Assembly: GCF_006345805.1 (NCBI RefSeq)
Contig: NC_043017.1
Coordinates: 22,444,001 to 22,508,000, forward strand
DNA: 64,000 nucleotides
Source of the DNA: Octopus sinensis
Lineage: Eukaryota
Reading direction: 5' to 3'
Shown: positions 25,057 to 38,945 of the stretch, piece by piece
How positions within the stretch are numbered: position 1 is the stretch's first letter
How the letters are laid out: each line of letters opens with the position of its first letter
Notes under the pieces: generated by a model
What the model saw: only the letters and a program-made list of their open reading frames with translations
What the model was told of the DNA's origin: nothing
The model's database searches: none
Translations under genes and position numbers: made by a program

Positions 25057-26520
25057 AGCACCTAGTTGAAATTTACGGAAAAACAAATGACAAAGACAGG
25101 TGTATGAACAACAAGCAGGTGTATTAATTAGATTCTCAGGAAAGCGAGAAAGTGTTTTATGTTTTGCGCTTACGCTCTTGAACAGAAAACAATACGAGAA
25201 AATAAACAGTGAGTGAATAAAAAAGCTTTATGGATTTAATGGTCAAGCCTGGCATTCAGGCAAGCATATATTTCCCATGCACACACACACACACACATAA
25301 ATAAATAATAGCTAAAATGGAAACAAACCCGAGTAGTAACTCAACCCAAAACATGAATCCTCAATTCCTCTTACATTTCAACATACACTGCACCTCTTCT
25401 AATTTTTATATCTGGTTCAATTTGGTGCAAACCATTACTAAACTATAAGTTTTCTGTATCAATCCATAAAGTCTACTCCCAAAATACACAAACATACACT
25501 TCCAGTTCATTTTAGTCCAAACCTTTAAGTCCATTCCTATGTGTGTGTGTTTGTGTGTCTGTGTGTCTGTGTTTGTCCCCACCACCATCATTTGACGACC
25601 GATGTTGGTGTGCTTACATCTCCGTAACTAAGAGGTTCGGCAAAACATACCAGTAGGAAAAGTACTAGGCTTACAAAGAATAAGTCCTGGGGTCGATTCA
25701 TTCGACAAAAGGCAGTGCTCCAGCATGGCCACAGTCAAATGACTGAAACAAGTGAAAGAATAAAAGAATATATATATACACATGTATAAATCTGCATATA
25801 TATACACACACACGCGCGCAAGCTTCTGCACAGTTCTCTTCTTCCAAATTCATTCACAAGGCGCCGGTCAACCAGGAGTAATAGCAGAAAACACTTGTCC
25901 AAAGCATCAAACAGTGAGATTGAACCCATAACGACGAGGTCATAAAACATGCGTAGAACTCCTTAACCATTCCAACACCATTTACTGCAAGAGGTCACAA
26001 GTGCAAGACCCAGAACAAAATACAGGAGTTTATGCAATACATCGTCACAGGGACATCGTTAATTGAATTAATGGTAGTACTTTACTGAAGATAACCACCA
26101 GCTTGCTAATGGTTGTGTTGAGTGCCAACGAGTTTATTTACTATGAGGAAAGATTATAATGCATATGCATGCGTTTTTCTACATGTGTAGAACTGACAAA
26201 ATTGAACACTGATATCTTTTTTTAATACTTACATTACAGCTATATTAGAAAATCCATTAAGATATTGTGTCTCATAAAGTATTTTTATTTAAAACAGTAC
26301 AACCATTAAGCTTTAGAAAATAAGTCAGCAAATCATAAAATTATTTCGAAACAATAGTAAAAGTGCAAGGTTAAGAACACGTATACATAATTGCATTTAC
26401 AGATACACACACACACACACAGACTTGTACACATACACATATATAAAGAAATCATGCATTTATGCCTGCACAAACATGCTCTACACACACACATAATTAT
26501 ATATATATATATATATATAT

Positions 26521-26920
26521 ACTCTTTTACTTGTTTCAGTCATTTTGACTGCGGCCATGCTGGAGCACTGCCTTTAGTCGAGCAAATCGACCCAGGGACT
26601 TATTCTTTTTGTAAGCCCAGTACTTCTTCTATCGGTCTCTTTTTGCCAAACCGCTAAGTGACGGGGACGTAAACACACCAGCATCGGTTGTCAAGCAATG
26701 CTAGGGGGACAAACACAGACACACAAACATACACGCACATACATATATATATACATATATACGACAGGCTTCTTTCAGTTTCCGTCTACCAAATCCACTC
26801 ACAAGGCATTGGTCGGCCCGGGGCTATAGCAGAAGACACTTGCCCAAGATGCCACGCAGTGGGATTGAACCCAGAACCATGTGGTTGGTTAGCAAGCTAC
26901 TTACCACACAGACACTCCTG
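26521..26920 (-). mobile_element. SINE family A, full length
   Basis: Reverse complement of the family A consensus. Confidence 0.9.
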
Positions 26921-26949
26921 TATATATATATATATAAACATACATTAAA

Positions 26950-27154
26950 GTGGCGAGCTGGCAGAAATGTTAGCATGGTGGGTGAAATGCATAGCGGTAT
27001 TTTGTCTACCGTTACGTTCTGAGTTCAAATTCTGCCAATGGTCGACTTTACCTTTCATCCTTTTGGGGTCGATAAATAAAGTACCAGCAAAACCTTGGAG
27101 TCGACGCAATCGACTGGTTCCCCTCCCCCAAAGTTTCAGGCCTTGTACTTATAG

Positions 27155-27160
<6 letters not shown>
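26950..27160 (+). mobile_element. SINE family B
   Basis: GGCGAGCTGGCAGAA head and TTTCATCCTTTTGGGGTCGATAAA core. Confidence 0.85.
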
Positions 27161-27197
<37 letters not shown>

Positions 27198-28359
27198 AGA
27201 GAGAGAGAGAGACAAACAGACAGACAGAAAGAGAGTTAATGAAAGAAAAATGGAGAGAATTAATAGTGCAAGAACATGAGAGGAATTTTTATAGTGTCTC
27301 CAATTCCGGCTTTAGCTCTATCATGTAAAAGCTGGTTCTTCTTTGTGAATATAGGCCTTTAATGAATGTCACATGCTTTATTTGTCGTTAGAAGCAATAT
27401 TGCTGGTAGAAGCAGCAGTTGCCCAAGTTCACTTAATTACTTAGTTGCAGTGTGTGTGCGTGTGTGTGTTTGTGTATGTGTGTGCATGTGCGCGTGTGTG
27501 TGTGTGTGTGTGTGCATACACACATGCACATACGCATGCATGATTTTGCTATTTGTTCAGTACAGGCGAAATACTTAGTGCAAAATGCATGGATATAGCT
27601 TGAATCTACTGGATTCTTTTGCAGTTCCTCTATTATGCATTCAGATAATTATCTGAAAAATTATATTCTAAACATATAAGAGACACTATTATTTATGGCA
27701 AGAAATTAAAAACAAAATGATTAATAGAATATAGTTATAGAATGTAATTATGAAAACAGGTAATTAATCATGATGCTTAAAATTATTAGGTTTCTATTTA
27801 ATAGCATGGATCTTATGAAAATTAAATTGCATTTACTAAACTGTTAAAGCAAGAATATGGGTAAAGCTAAGTTAGTTAGGTTAGGCAGGATTTGAACACT
27901 GTATAACTAATTATCAAAGTATGGTAGTTGGCTGAAAGAGCAAGAACTCACATGATTCAGGGACCTTCATAAACTCCAAAACAGAGACATCAACTCAGTG
28001 CCCACATCAGAGGAAATTCATGTTGAACATGAAATTTGCCACTTGCTCACGAGAGAAAAGGAACCAACCTGACTTAGATGAAACTGGAACCAATCTAAGA
28101 AGGATAACTCCACCTTGCCCAAGATTTTGCCAGTAGAATTTTCAGAATTCCAGAATTTTTTGCTTACAAAATTGGCTGACCATGATGCATTCTTCCCTCC
28201 AGTTGCAGTGAGGTTATGTGCCTCTGGTCATTTGAGTTTGACAAACTACCTATACAGCTAAGTGCTTTATAGGTGCAAAACCAGTGTTCACTCTCTAATC
28301 GGCCATAACATACAGCCTTCTAAATATACATGCATATATATATTTTCACAAATGTATGA

Positions 28360-28427
28360 ACAGGATCATCATCATCATCATCATCATCGTTTAGCGTCCG
28401 TTTTCTATGCTAGCATGGGTTGGACAA
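28360..28427 (-). mobile_element. RTE-type 3' tail with (ATG)n end, joined to the 5S copy
   Basis: Reverse complement GTCCAACCCATGCTAGCATAGAAAACGGACGCTAAACGATGATGATG, the same tail as at 32750, 45220 and 54960. Confidence 0.85.
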
Positions 28428-28438
28428 CATTGTGCTAT

Positions 28439-28556
28439 GCTTACTGCACCAAGATTTCACAAGCAGTCACCCATCTAAGTACTGACTAGGCTCAACGTTG
28501 CTTAACTTTGGTGATCAGACGAGAACCGGTGCTTTCAATGTGATATGGCCGTAAGC
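28439..28556 (-). pseudogene. rna5s: 5S rRNA copy (118 nt), probably a pseudogene/retrocopy
   Basis: Reverse complement GCTTACGGCCATATCACATTGAAAGCACCGGTTCTCGTCTGATCACCAAAGTTAAGCAACG...AGTACTTAGATGGGTGAC...GTAAGC; terminal helix GCTTAC/GTAAGC; no oligo-T terminator; solitary. Confidence 0.9.
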
Positions 28557-28560
28557 GTAA

Positions 28561-29849
28561 ATGGGTAAATTAACGCCAGTTTATATTTTTAATCTTTTGC
28601 ATGTGCATTGTTTGTTTTTGATTTTGTCAACTACACATTATAATAGGATCAGTTGGGTATCGTCTGTGAGAAAAGCAGCACCATGATGCAATTCATTCTG
28701 CCAGAAATTTGGAAACGACATGCTGTGCTGCTTGGCATTCGCACTGGAAGCTCCAATGCGAACATTTCAGAGTGTGGGTGTCAATATGAGGAGAGTGCTG
28801 AGGATTCGGAAAGAGTTGGATGAGTCTAATGGTGATTATGAAGGTACAGCAGCTCGGAAAACTCACTCTGATCATTCTGATGAGAAAAGAATTTCTGAAT
28901 TGGTTGGTGAGATCCAGGCCATAATTGACAATGATCCCTCCAAGTCAATCAGGTTCATCACCAGGAAGATGGGAGTGTCTGAGTTTCTTATGAGGCAGGT
29001 AGTGCATGAAGACATTCAATATTACTCATAAAAGATGAGAAAGGGCCAACTTTATCCCAAGCCATCAAGGACAAAAGGAAAGACCATGCTACAAAGATTT
29101 TGAACAAACTCAAGCATACCCTCCAACCAAACATACTTTGGTTTTTCTCAGATGAGAAAATTTTCTGCCAGGATCAGATGATGAACACACAAAACAACTG
29201 TTGACTTGCCATGTCCCCAAAACATGAACCAAGAGTGATAAAAATCAAACATCCAGTTAACATCATGGTGTTTGGAGTGGTCACTAGTGATGGTAACGTT
29301 ATGCTTCCATTCACCTTCCCACACAGCCTCACACTCAACATGGAGGCCTAAATCAGGTGACTGCAGGAGGCAGTGCTGCCTGGGTCGAGAGGGTGGCTGA
29401 TAGAAGACCCTATGTCTGGCAACAAGACTCTGCACCATGCAACAGAAGCAGGAGAACCCAGTCATGACTGTCAGACAATTTCTGCAACCACATCACCCCT
29501 AGCATCTGGCCACCTAATTCCCCAGACTGCAACCCCCTTGATTATTATGTATGGGATGTAGTTGAGTGAGAGAAAAACAAAACTCCTTGTAACACCAAAG
29601 ATGAACAGCAGGCAAGGATTATAGCAGCATTCACCAACTTAAACAAGGAGACTATGCAGAAGAATTGCAGGAGATTCCAAAGTCGTCAGGAGGCCATGGT
29701 TGAAGCCAATGGCGATTTTATTGAATAAGTTTACTCTTTAGTATTTGAAGATAATTTTATGCAGTTTTGGTAAATATGTGTTAAAATGAGATGTCAGTGT
29801 TATTTTCATTTTTGTGTAATTTAGACAACAGTTTATTCACCACATCCTG
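28561..29849 (+). mobile_element. Tc1/mariner superfamily DD37D (maT) transposon, inactive
   Basis: WFFSDEK, IMVFGVVTSDG, YVWQQDSAPC and WPPNSPDCNPLDYYVW; 37 codons between D2 and D3; in-frame stops and frameshifts; right end ...CACCACATCCTG|TA. Confidence 0.9.
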
Positions 29850-29872
<23 letters not shown>

Positions 29873-29880
<8 letters not shown>

Positions 29881-30075
29881 AAAGGGCTTAGTAAAATAAG
29901 TTACTTTGCCGCATACTGAACTCATTAGAAATAGCAGCTAAAAAAACTTTTTTAAAAACTATTTCTAATACTTAAAGAAAACCTCTCTCATATAGTGTTT
30001 GCTCAATTCAACTCACGCAAATATGAGTTCAGTATGCGGCAAAGTAATTTATTTTACTAAGCCCTTTTATATAAT
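29873..30075. repeat. Fold-back inverted repeat, 53 bp arms
   Basis: 29873-29925 is the reverse complement of 30023-30075; related to the mini-hairpin at 374-425. Confidence 0.9.
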
Positions 30076-30165
30076 GTAATAATTTGAATTCGCCTTAAAT
30101 GGTCCCTTTGCATACTGAATACTTGGTGAAATTGATTAATTAATTAATTTTACCCTCAATTGTTG

Positions 30166-30204
<39 letters not shown>

Positions 30205-31106
30205 AACACACATGCATATCCCTCACACACACACATATACACATAAGTGCACATATGTATATTGTTTATTTATATATATATATAAATGGAAACTTTACCG
30301 GTGAGTGTGTTAAATGATAAGGCACAAAAAGAGAATGACTCTCTCCAGACACAACAGAATATGCTTCAACACACGAACTCATATAAAGAATCTTGCAAAC
30401 CAAATCCAAAAACGAAATATATATATATAAACACACACACACAGGTGCACATGTGCATGTCATGTGTGTGTGTGTGTGTGTGTGTGTAAATATATATGAA
30501 AAAATACATTGAAGATTATTAGCAACAAATATGGTAACATAAAAACATGTAATACCAAATAAGGTATTAATGTATAAAGAAAAGAAAAAAAATATGCTAG
30601 ACAATTCATTTCTTTTCCATTCAGGAAAATTAAAAATTTCAAACACTAAATGTCTGGCATTTCTGCTTGGAAATCTGTAATCAGCAGTCTCAATCAAGAA
30701 ATGATAAATTGCAGTTGTAATATTCATGCATTTCCAAAGGCCATTAGTAATGAAAGAGATGTAAAAAAGATGATATGCTCCAAAATCAAAAGTACTCTTG
30801 GAACACAGATTGCTAGAAGCTTATCTCTGTCTCCTTCACAGTGCTTTCTGGAGATATTAATACAAATACAAACCCTGCATTTAATAAGAAAATAAAAAAT
30901 TTCAAAACTACGCTGTAGCCAAGGTTTTAATAAAGATAAATGGATGTTTTTGATTTTGCACGGCTATCCACTTATATATTAGCATAATCTAATGAAGAAT
31001 CATACAAATAACAAATATAAATAATATCTATATATAAATATAAGTAAAATTTATGCACATCTTCCTGAGCAATGTTTGCATGTGTGCACGTGTGTGTGTG
31101 TGTATA

Positions 31107-31511
31107 ATATTAAATTAGAGATAAAACCACTATTAGGCAAATCATACAATGAAAAACTTAAGCCAATACATAAGATTAATTAATTTATATTATTTAAATA
31201 TATATCAAAGTTATTAAAAAAGATAATTAATATAACACTACGATCGTTTCATGGCTGTTCAATTCTTAAAATTTTCAGGTGGTTTACATATTTAACTCGC
31301 CAAGTTAAATATTTAAACCACCTGATGAATGACTGTAACTCGAAAATTTTAAGAATTGAACAGCCATGAAACGATCGTAGTGTTATATTAACTATCTTTT
31401 TTAATAATTTTGTTATATATTTAAATAATATAAATTAATTAATCTTATGTATTGGCTTAAGTTTTTCATTGTATGATTTGCCTAATAGTGGTTTTATCTC
31501 TAATTTAATAT
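31107..31511. mobile_element. PLE-derived fold-back element, ~190/208 bp arms, 5 nt loop
   Basis: 31107-31297 is the reverse complement of 31303-31511; the left arm has a ~17 nt deletion. Confidence 0.92.
31317..31384 (+). ncRNA. Type I hammerhead ribozyme motif
   Basis: CAC-CTGATGA(31322-31328)-ATGACTGT...ACAGCCAT-GAAA(31368-31371)-CGATCGT-A(31379)-GTG; palindromic stem III ACGATCGT. Confidence 0.82.
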
Positions 31512-32594
31512 AATATAATATTTTACTATAAAATTGGATTCAATCCTAAATCTGAATTTTCCCTGTAAGTTTGGATTTATTCCCTAATATTTTATTATTA
31601 ATATATATATATAGATATATATGAAAATATATTTGTGTGTATGTATATATATATATGTGTGTATATGTTGGTATAGGTATGTGTATAGAGTGTTTGATGT
31701 GGTGTACAGATATTGTATATTGAGAAAAAGGAGGCAATCAGAATTTTGGATAATTCTTTATTAGAACTGTTGTTCATTTAACTGAAATCTTCAAGACAAA
31801 AATTTAAAGTGAAAATGATCGTTTTGGTTTTAATTTTTATCCCAAAGTGTTAGGTTAAACAAATGAAAGGACGAAGAAAGAATTATCCAAATTTCTGACT
31901 GCATCCTTTTTCTCAACACACACAGACACACACATATGTACATACATCACGTGATCACGTGACCGACCAGACCATCAGACGTTGTTACACATCGCTGGTC
32001 ACATTCGTTCGCATTGTTCTTTTTAGCCTTCGAATGACACCACCCTGCTATATATCCATGGAAACAATACCAAAACAGAAACTGAAGCTCAACACATGCC
32101 TCTGGCTTACCGGATCATGACACACACATAGTTAAATACGTGTGTGTGTGTGAAGATCCATGGCCTAGTGGTTAGAGTATTGCACTCATGATAGTTAGAT
32201 CGGGGTTCACTTCCCAGACTGGGTGCCACATTGTATTCTTGAGCAAAACTCTTCATTTCAGATTGTTGCATTCTGCTTAGCAGTAAATGGGTAAACCTGT
32301 GACAGAATAGCCTTCTGATCAGAGGGAATGTTGGCCAGCTTACCTAGCCATTGGGGTGGCCTCATTCAAAAGGTAAAATGATATAAAACACATTGTGACC
32401 AGTGATGTAACAACAACCTGGCCAATATCATGATATATATATATATATATATATATAGGGGGGGTGAAGGTGGTGGTGGTTAGAGTAGAGAAAAAGATGA
32501 TGCATATAAGAGCAGTGTTGGTAGTTTAGTGGCTGATAATTAAGTTAATGTATCTCTAAAGTTGTGTATACATTACATATATTACACAGATTGC

Positions 32595-32800
32595 CAGCCT
32601 CCTCTGGCCCCTGTGCCGGTAGCATGTAAAAAACACCCACTACACTCACAGAGTGGTTGGCGTTAGGAAGGGCATCCAGCTGTAGAAACACTGCTAAACC
32701 AGACTGGAGCCTGGTGCAGCCTCCATGGCTTACCAGACCCCGGTTGAACCGTCCAATCCATGCTAGCATGGAAAACGGACGTTAAATGATGATAATGATA
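32595..32800 (+). mobile_element. RTE-type LINE/SINE 3' end (family C)
   Basis: GTGGTTGGCGTTAGGAAGGGCATCCAGC...CCATGCTAGCATGGAAAACGGACGTTAAATGATGAT; further copies at ~36725-36992(+), 47536-47820(-), 48905-49215(+), 51430-51690(-) and 63235-63395(+). Confidence 0.8.
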
Positions 32801-33278
32801 ATAGAGAGAGAGAGAGAGAGAGAGACACACATACATAATACAAATTGTGTACTATATTATCAAAGCAAGCATGATCTATTTCATACAACACAGTTTATGA
32901 TTTTTCCACAAGCACACTCATTTTCATATACACCGTGTATACAAAAATCTATACCCATCTCATAGAACACATACAGAAAATATCCATGTAGAGGAATGCA
33001 CAAGGTATTACACAATTGAACACACACACACGCGCACGCGCACACACATTATTTATAAGTACATGCATTCAAATCAGATTCAATTAAATACTTTGCCTTA
33101 GATTATATTTGAGGACATCAAATGCAGTCACACACACACAGACACATATGCAGGCATATGTGAGCAGCAAAAAGGCATAGATATCGTGATACATATAAAC
33201 ACATTTTAAGATGTGTGTACCATTGCATCTTCACACACGTACGTCTATACATATATAATTAGAGAGAGAGGGGGGGAT

Positions 33279-33279
33279 T

Positions 33280-33325
<46 letters not shown>

Positions 33326-33378
33326 GACAGATAGATAGATAGAGATAGATAAATAGATAGACAGACAGACAGACAGAT

Positions 33379-33421
<43 letters not shown>

Positions 33422-33620
33422 TAGATCAATATAGATAGATATAGATAGATAGATAGATAGATAGATATAGATAAACAGATAGATATAGATAGATAGATAT
33501 AGATAAACAGATAGATATAGGTAGATAGATAGATAGATAGATAGATAGATATAGATAAACAGATAGATAGATAGATAGATATAGATAAACAGATAGATAG
33601 ATAGATAGATATAGATAAAC

Positions 33621-33701
<81 letters not shown>

Positions 33702-33716
33702 CAGATAGATAGATAC

Positions 33717-33752
<36 letters not shown>

Positions 33753-33756
33753 TGAT

Positions 33757-33820
<64 letters not shown>

Positions 33821-33935
33821 GTAGATAGATAGGTAGGTAGATAGAAAGATAGATACATACATACATACATACAAAGAGACAGACAGACAGACAGACAGAC
33901 AGACGGACAGACAGACATAGCTAGATAGGTAGGTA
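33279..33935. repeat. Long (GATA)n compound microsatellite, ~650 bp
   Basis: Directly visible; explains the YLSI-repeat ORFs. Confidence 0.97.
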
Positions 33936-34028
33936 CACATCTACAGAGTTTTGTTGATCATGCATTTTAACACTTGGCATATATGTACACAGTATCTTTC
34001 AGCACTTATTCTTCACCATCTAGGTTTA

Positions 34029-34069
<41 letters not shown>

Positions 34070-34571
34070 ATATACACATGCATGAGTGTGTGTGTACATA
34101 TACACATGCATGAGTGTGTGTGTGTGTGTGTGTACATAAGCACATGCATGAATGTGTGGGGCGTGTCTGTGATGTACATATGACCCACTTTGTTAATTAT
34201 GTTTTAGAACATAAGCTTTTTGAAGTCTAGAAAACACCGTATCAGTCAATTCATGCACCGCTTTTATATACGGTTCACATCGATGGCATTTGCCATCCAA
34301 CCAGAACCAGCTATATGTGTGTGCACGCATGTATGTGTGCGTGCATGCATGTGTGTGTGCGTGCATGTGTGTGTGCATGCATGTGTGTCTGTGTGTGTCT
34401 GTGTGTGTTTGTGTTCGCTACTTCTCCATATGAAAACTCAATGGAAGCAGTTAATATTTAATGAGTATTATATATATATAGATATATAGACATATATATA
34501 TCCACACTATATATATATATATATATACATATGTGGTTGTATACATATATTATAGATATACAATACTATAT

Positions 34572-34626
<55 letters not shown>

Positions 34627-34803
34627 GTTGTTGTTATACATATATATATATACATATACATTAATACATATATCCATATATATACATATATATATATACA
34701 CATATATATATACATATATATGTACATCTATATTATATATAACATATATATATACATATATATGTACACATACATATATATCTACATATATATATATACA
34801 TAG

Positions 34804-34853
<50 letters not shown>

Positions 34854-35196
34854 GGTGTGTGTGTATAGGTACATATACATGTATGTATACACACACACAC
34901 ATACATATACAAGCATATAACTAAAATGTGCTGGCATATATAGTTCACTCGACACTAAGACTAGCTATAAACAAAAAAAATAGTATCTTTATATTGGTCA
35001 GATCTAACACAATACGAAGTAGCCGTTTGAGAAGCGAAGTATAAAATTGAGGATGAGCTCCCTCTCTGGTTAGTATCTCTGTATTTCTTTTTTTACATCT
35101 ATTTTCTTATCTTTTTTTCTTTTCTATCACTCTTTCTGCACAAGCAACCAGCCAAGCCTAAAGATTACAACTCCGATTCCTACAGTTTCCTTTCAG

Positions 35197-35260
<64 letters not shown>

Positions 35261-36349
35261 GTGTATATAACTGATGTGCATGTACGTGTGTGTGTATATA
35301 TATATATATATATATTTACACATACACACATGCATGCACATCAATTTTTTTTTCTTATTTTAATATTCTGTTAGCCCCTTACCCATCCCTTCCACTAATA
35401 TCCCTTTTCTTCCTTTCAACTCCACCCCCGCCACCTTTCTATCCTAGTTACTTTCATCCACTTGCCTACTTTCACTTTCACTTCCTCTTTCCTGTTTTCA
35501 GTCAGCACATTAACACATTTTTGTCTATTTCCCTTCATGGAAGCTAAAGTTTGATGCTTTGGCAAATTTTACACATATGCCTGAACAACTGGTGCATGCC
35601 ATTTTTTTAGTGAAAATAACAACAACAACAACAGTAAATATCCAACCATGACATAGGAGCAATAACCATTTTGTCAGCTTTACTGAGAAAAATGTGAAAA
35701 TATAGAAATAAAGCTTTGTCTGAGATATGATTTAATTTCTGAATTCAAAAATGAAATATTTCAAGTACCAAATACATTTGAATAAGGCATCAAGTTTAGA
35801 GTGTGCACACACACACACACACGCATAAACAAGTGCACATCCATGCAGACACAACTTCTCTGGGAACATATTCCACTTCTGTTATTTTGGTGAGCATATG
35901 ACAGAATAAAGAGCATTTGGTGGCAAAAACAAATGCCCTACCTAAAAACCATGTTAACAAGCAAAATTAAACCTAAAAAGTTTAATATATGTATATATAT
36001 AATATATATATATATTATATATATATATATTATTAGTATTATTATTATTATATTATTATTACAGTTTTTTTTTATCCATGCAGCAGTGCAGATAAATACA
36101 GTCAATTAGTTGACCTTTCAGTGATCAGAGGTATTCATCAATGGGTGATTGGCCTATTGATCTTTTAGAGAGTGATCATTCAATTACACTGAACCCCGCC
36201 AAGTATCTGACATGTGTACATATTTGATCAGTCATGGAAAGATGAAAGCGGGATTTGAACTCAGAATGTAAAGGACCGTAACTAAATGCTGCAATGTAAT
36301 TTTTCTAATGCACTACTGATTGTATGCCAGTCCCACAACTGATGCTTTG

Positions 36350-36390
<41 letters not shown>

Positions 36391-37490
36391 TGCATGTGCA
36401 TGTGTGTGCTTGTGTATCTTTTACCCTTTACTCATCTTCATCATTGACATGTGGTTATGGGGTTTTGCTTTGGAAGGCTTTAGTTGAACACACCAACACC
36501 AGTACTCAGGGTCATTTAAGTCTGGTAAACATTCTACTGGCCTCTCATCTCGAACAGTTAGGCTACAGGGATGTAACAGCATCGATTGACAAGTGATACA
36601 ATGAGTACCAAACTTAAAAAAACCTACTGGGGTGATCCATTCACCTAAAAATTCAAAGTGGTGCCCCAGCATGGCCATAGTCTAATGGCTGAAACAAATA
36701 AAAGAATGAAAGAATATATATCGTTGCCAGTGCCGCTGACTGGTCCCTGTACAGGTGGCACATAAAAAACACCATTTGAGCATGGCCGTTGCCAGTACCG
36801 CCTGACTGGCCTCGTGCCGGTGGCACATAAAAGCACCCACTACACTCTGAGAGTGGTTGGCATTAGGAAGGGCATCCAGCTGTAGAAACTCTGCCAGATT
36901 AGGTTGGAGCCTGGTGCAGCCATCTGGTTCGCCAGTCCTCAGTCAAATCGTTCAACCCATGCTAGCATGGAAAGCAGAAGTTAAACAATGATTATAATAT
37001 ATATATATTATATATATATATATATATATTTATATATTAAGCTTCCATACATGCAATTTCTATCTAGCAGATACACCCCCAGAGAATTAATCAGCCCAGG
37101 ACAATAGAAGACATTTGCCCAAGGTACCACACAGCAGGCTTGAACCCAAAACCACATGGTTCCAAAGTGATTTTCGTAACCACATAGCCATATACGTTAT
37201 ATATTGTGCAAATCGAAAACACATACCCACCATACTGGCATGATAATGGAACAGACTTGCGAATTTTCCAAATCAAATTGATTATCTGCACATCATCATT
37301 GTCATCATCATTTAACGTCCGTTTTCCATACTTTACTGTTAATGAGTACTACAGGCCGAGATTATCTGTGTCTGCTCACAACTAGATAGGTACCTACAAC
37401 AACTAATGATAGCATGGTACATGTACCAGGTTGCATTCATTTGTGAGTGAAAGCTAGGTAAGAGAGAGAGAGAAAGGTAACATATGCATG

Positions 37491-37543
<53 letters not shown>

Positions 37544-38339
37544 GTAATATTTTTATGTATGATATATATATGTATGTGTATGTGTATGTGTGTGTTTACA
37601 TATATGTGTGTGTGTAAAAGTAATAAATATATATGTGCGTGTGTGTATGTATATACATTCATATATATATATATAAATACATATATATACATACATACAT
37701 ATATATACATATATATACACATACATATATATACACATACATATATATATGTACATACACACACACAGATAGTTATCTAGATAATGATTAGATATGCATG
37801 CATGGAGAAATGCAGAAACAGACAGACAGACAGACAGATGGATAGAGAGAGAGAGAGAGAGATTGAAGAACAGATAGAGAGGTAAACAGATAAATAGATG
37901 TGTACATGTAGACATGTACACATGTGTGTGTGTGTGTGTGTATGTGTGTGTATTAACACAAAAAAACACAGTCCAGATGCATCAGGGGTAATTATGACAA
38001 AACTCACCTAACATGTTTGCATTTTACATGGATTTATTGCAAGATCAAAAGAACAAGCATTACACTTCTACAGCACATTTTTCCCCCCTTTGAAATAAAC
38101 CTACAAAGAGTATCTCTGGGATACAGGGAAGTGGAGTATTGGCAGCCACAGCCATAGATGTATGACGAAACACATTCAAACCAAATAACATAGATTATTA
38201 TTTGGAATTAATGTGTTTTTGAGGGTTACAGTAACTCTAGCATGAAGCAATTGTTTTAATCCTAAAGCATGATCTCAGGCCAAATCAGTTGTAAAAATAA
38301 ATGCAATTCATACAAGAGTGTGTGTGTGTGTAATATGTA

Positions 38340-38471
38340 TGTGTGTGTATCTTTATCTATATGTATGTATATATGTATACATGTGTGCGTGCATATCTAT
38401 ATATATATAAACATATGTGTGTATATAAATGTGTATATATGTATATGTGTGTGTGTGTTGGGTGTGTGTGC

Positions 38472-38519
<48 letters not shown>

Positions 38520-38776
38520 TACATATATATACATATATATATATATACACATATACATATATACATATATATACATACATATACATATATATATACACAC
38601 ACATATATATATATATACCACACATATATATATATACATATAATATACACACATATATATATACATATATATATACACAACATATATATATACATATATA
38701 TATACACACATATATATATACATATATATATACATATATATATACATATATATATACATATATATATATACATACA

Positions 38777-38836
<60 letters not shown>

Positions 38837-38855
38837 TATATATATATACTCATAC

Positions 38856-38899
<44 letters not shown>

Positions 38900-38945
38900 T
38901 ACACACACATGCAAATGCACATGTGCTCTGTGTATATATATATAT
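38340..38945. repeat. (TA)n/(TACA)n compound microsatellite
   Basis: Directly visible; similar tracts at 9750-9940, 15845-16150, 34480-34900, 52225-52640 and 53010-53470. Confidence 0.97.

Noticed and set aside
30560-30895. Overlapping open frames on both strands (81 aa plus, >100 aa minus)
   Set aside because: Possibly coding, but strand and boundaries are undeterminable and no homology was recognised.
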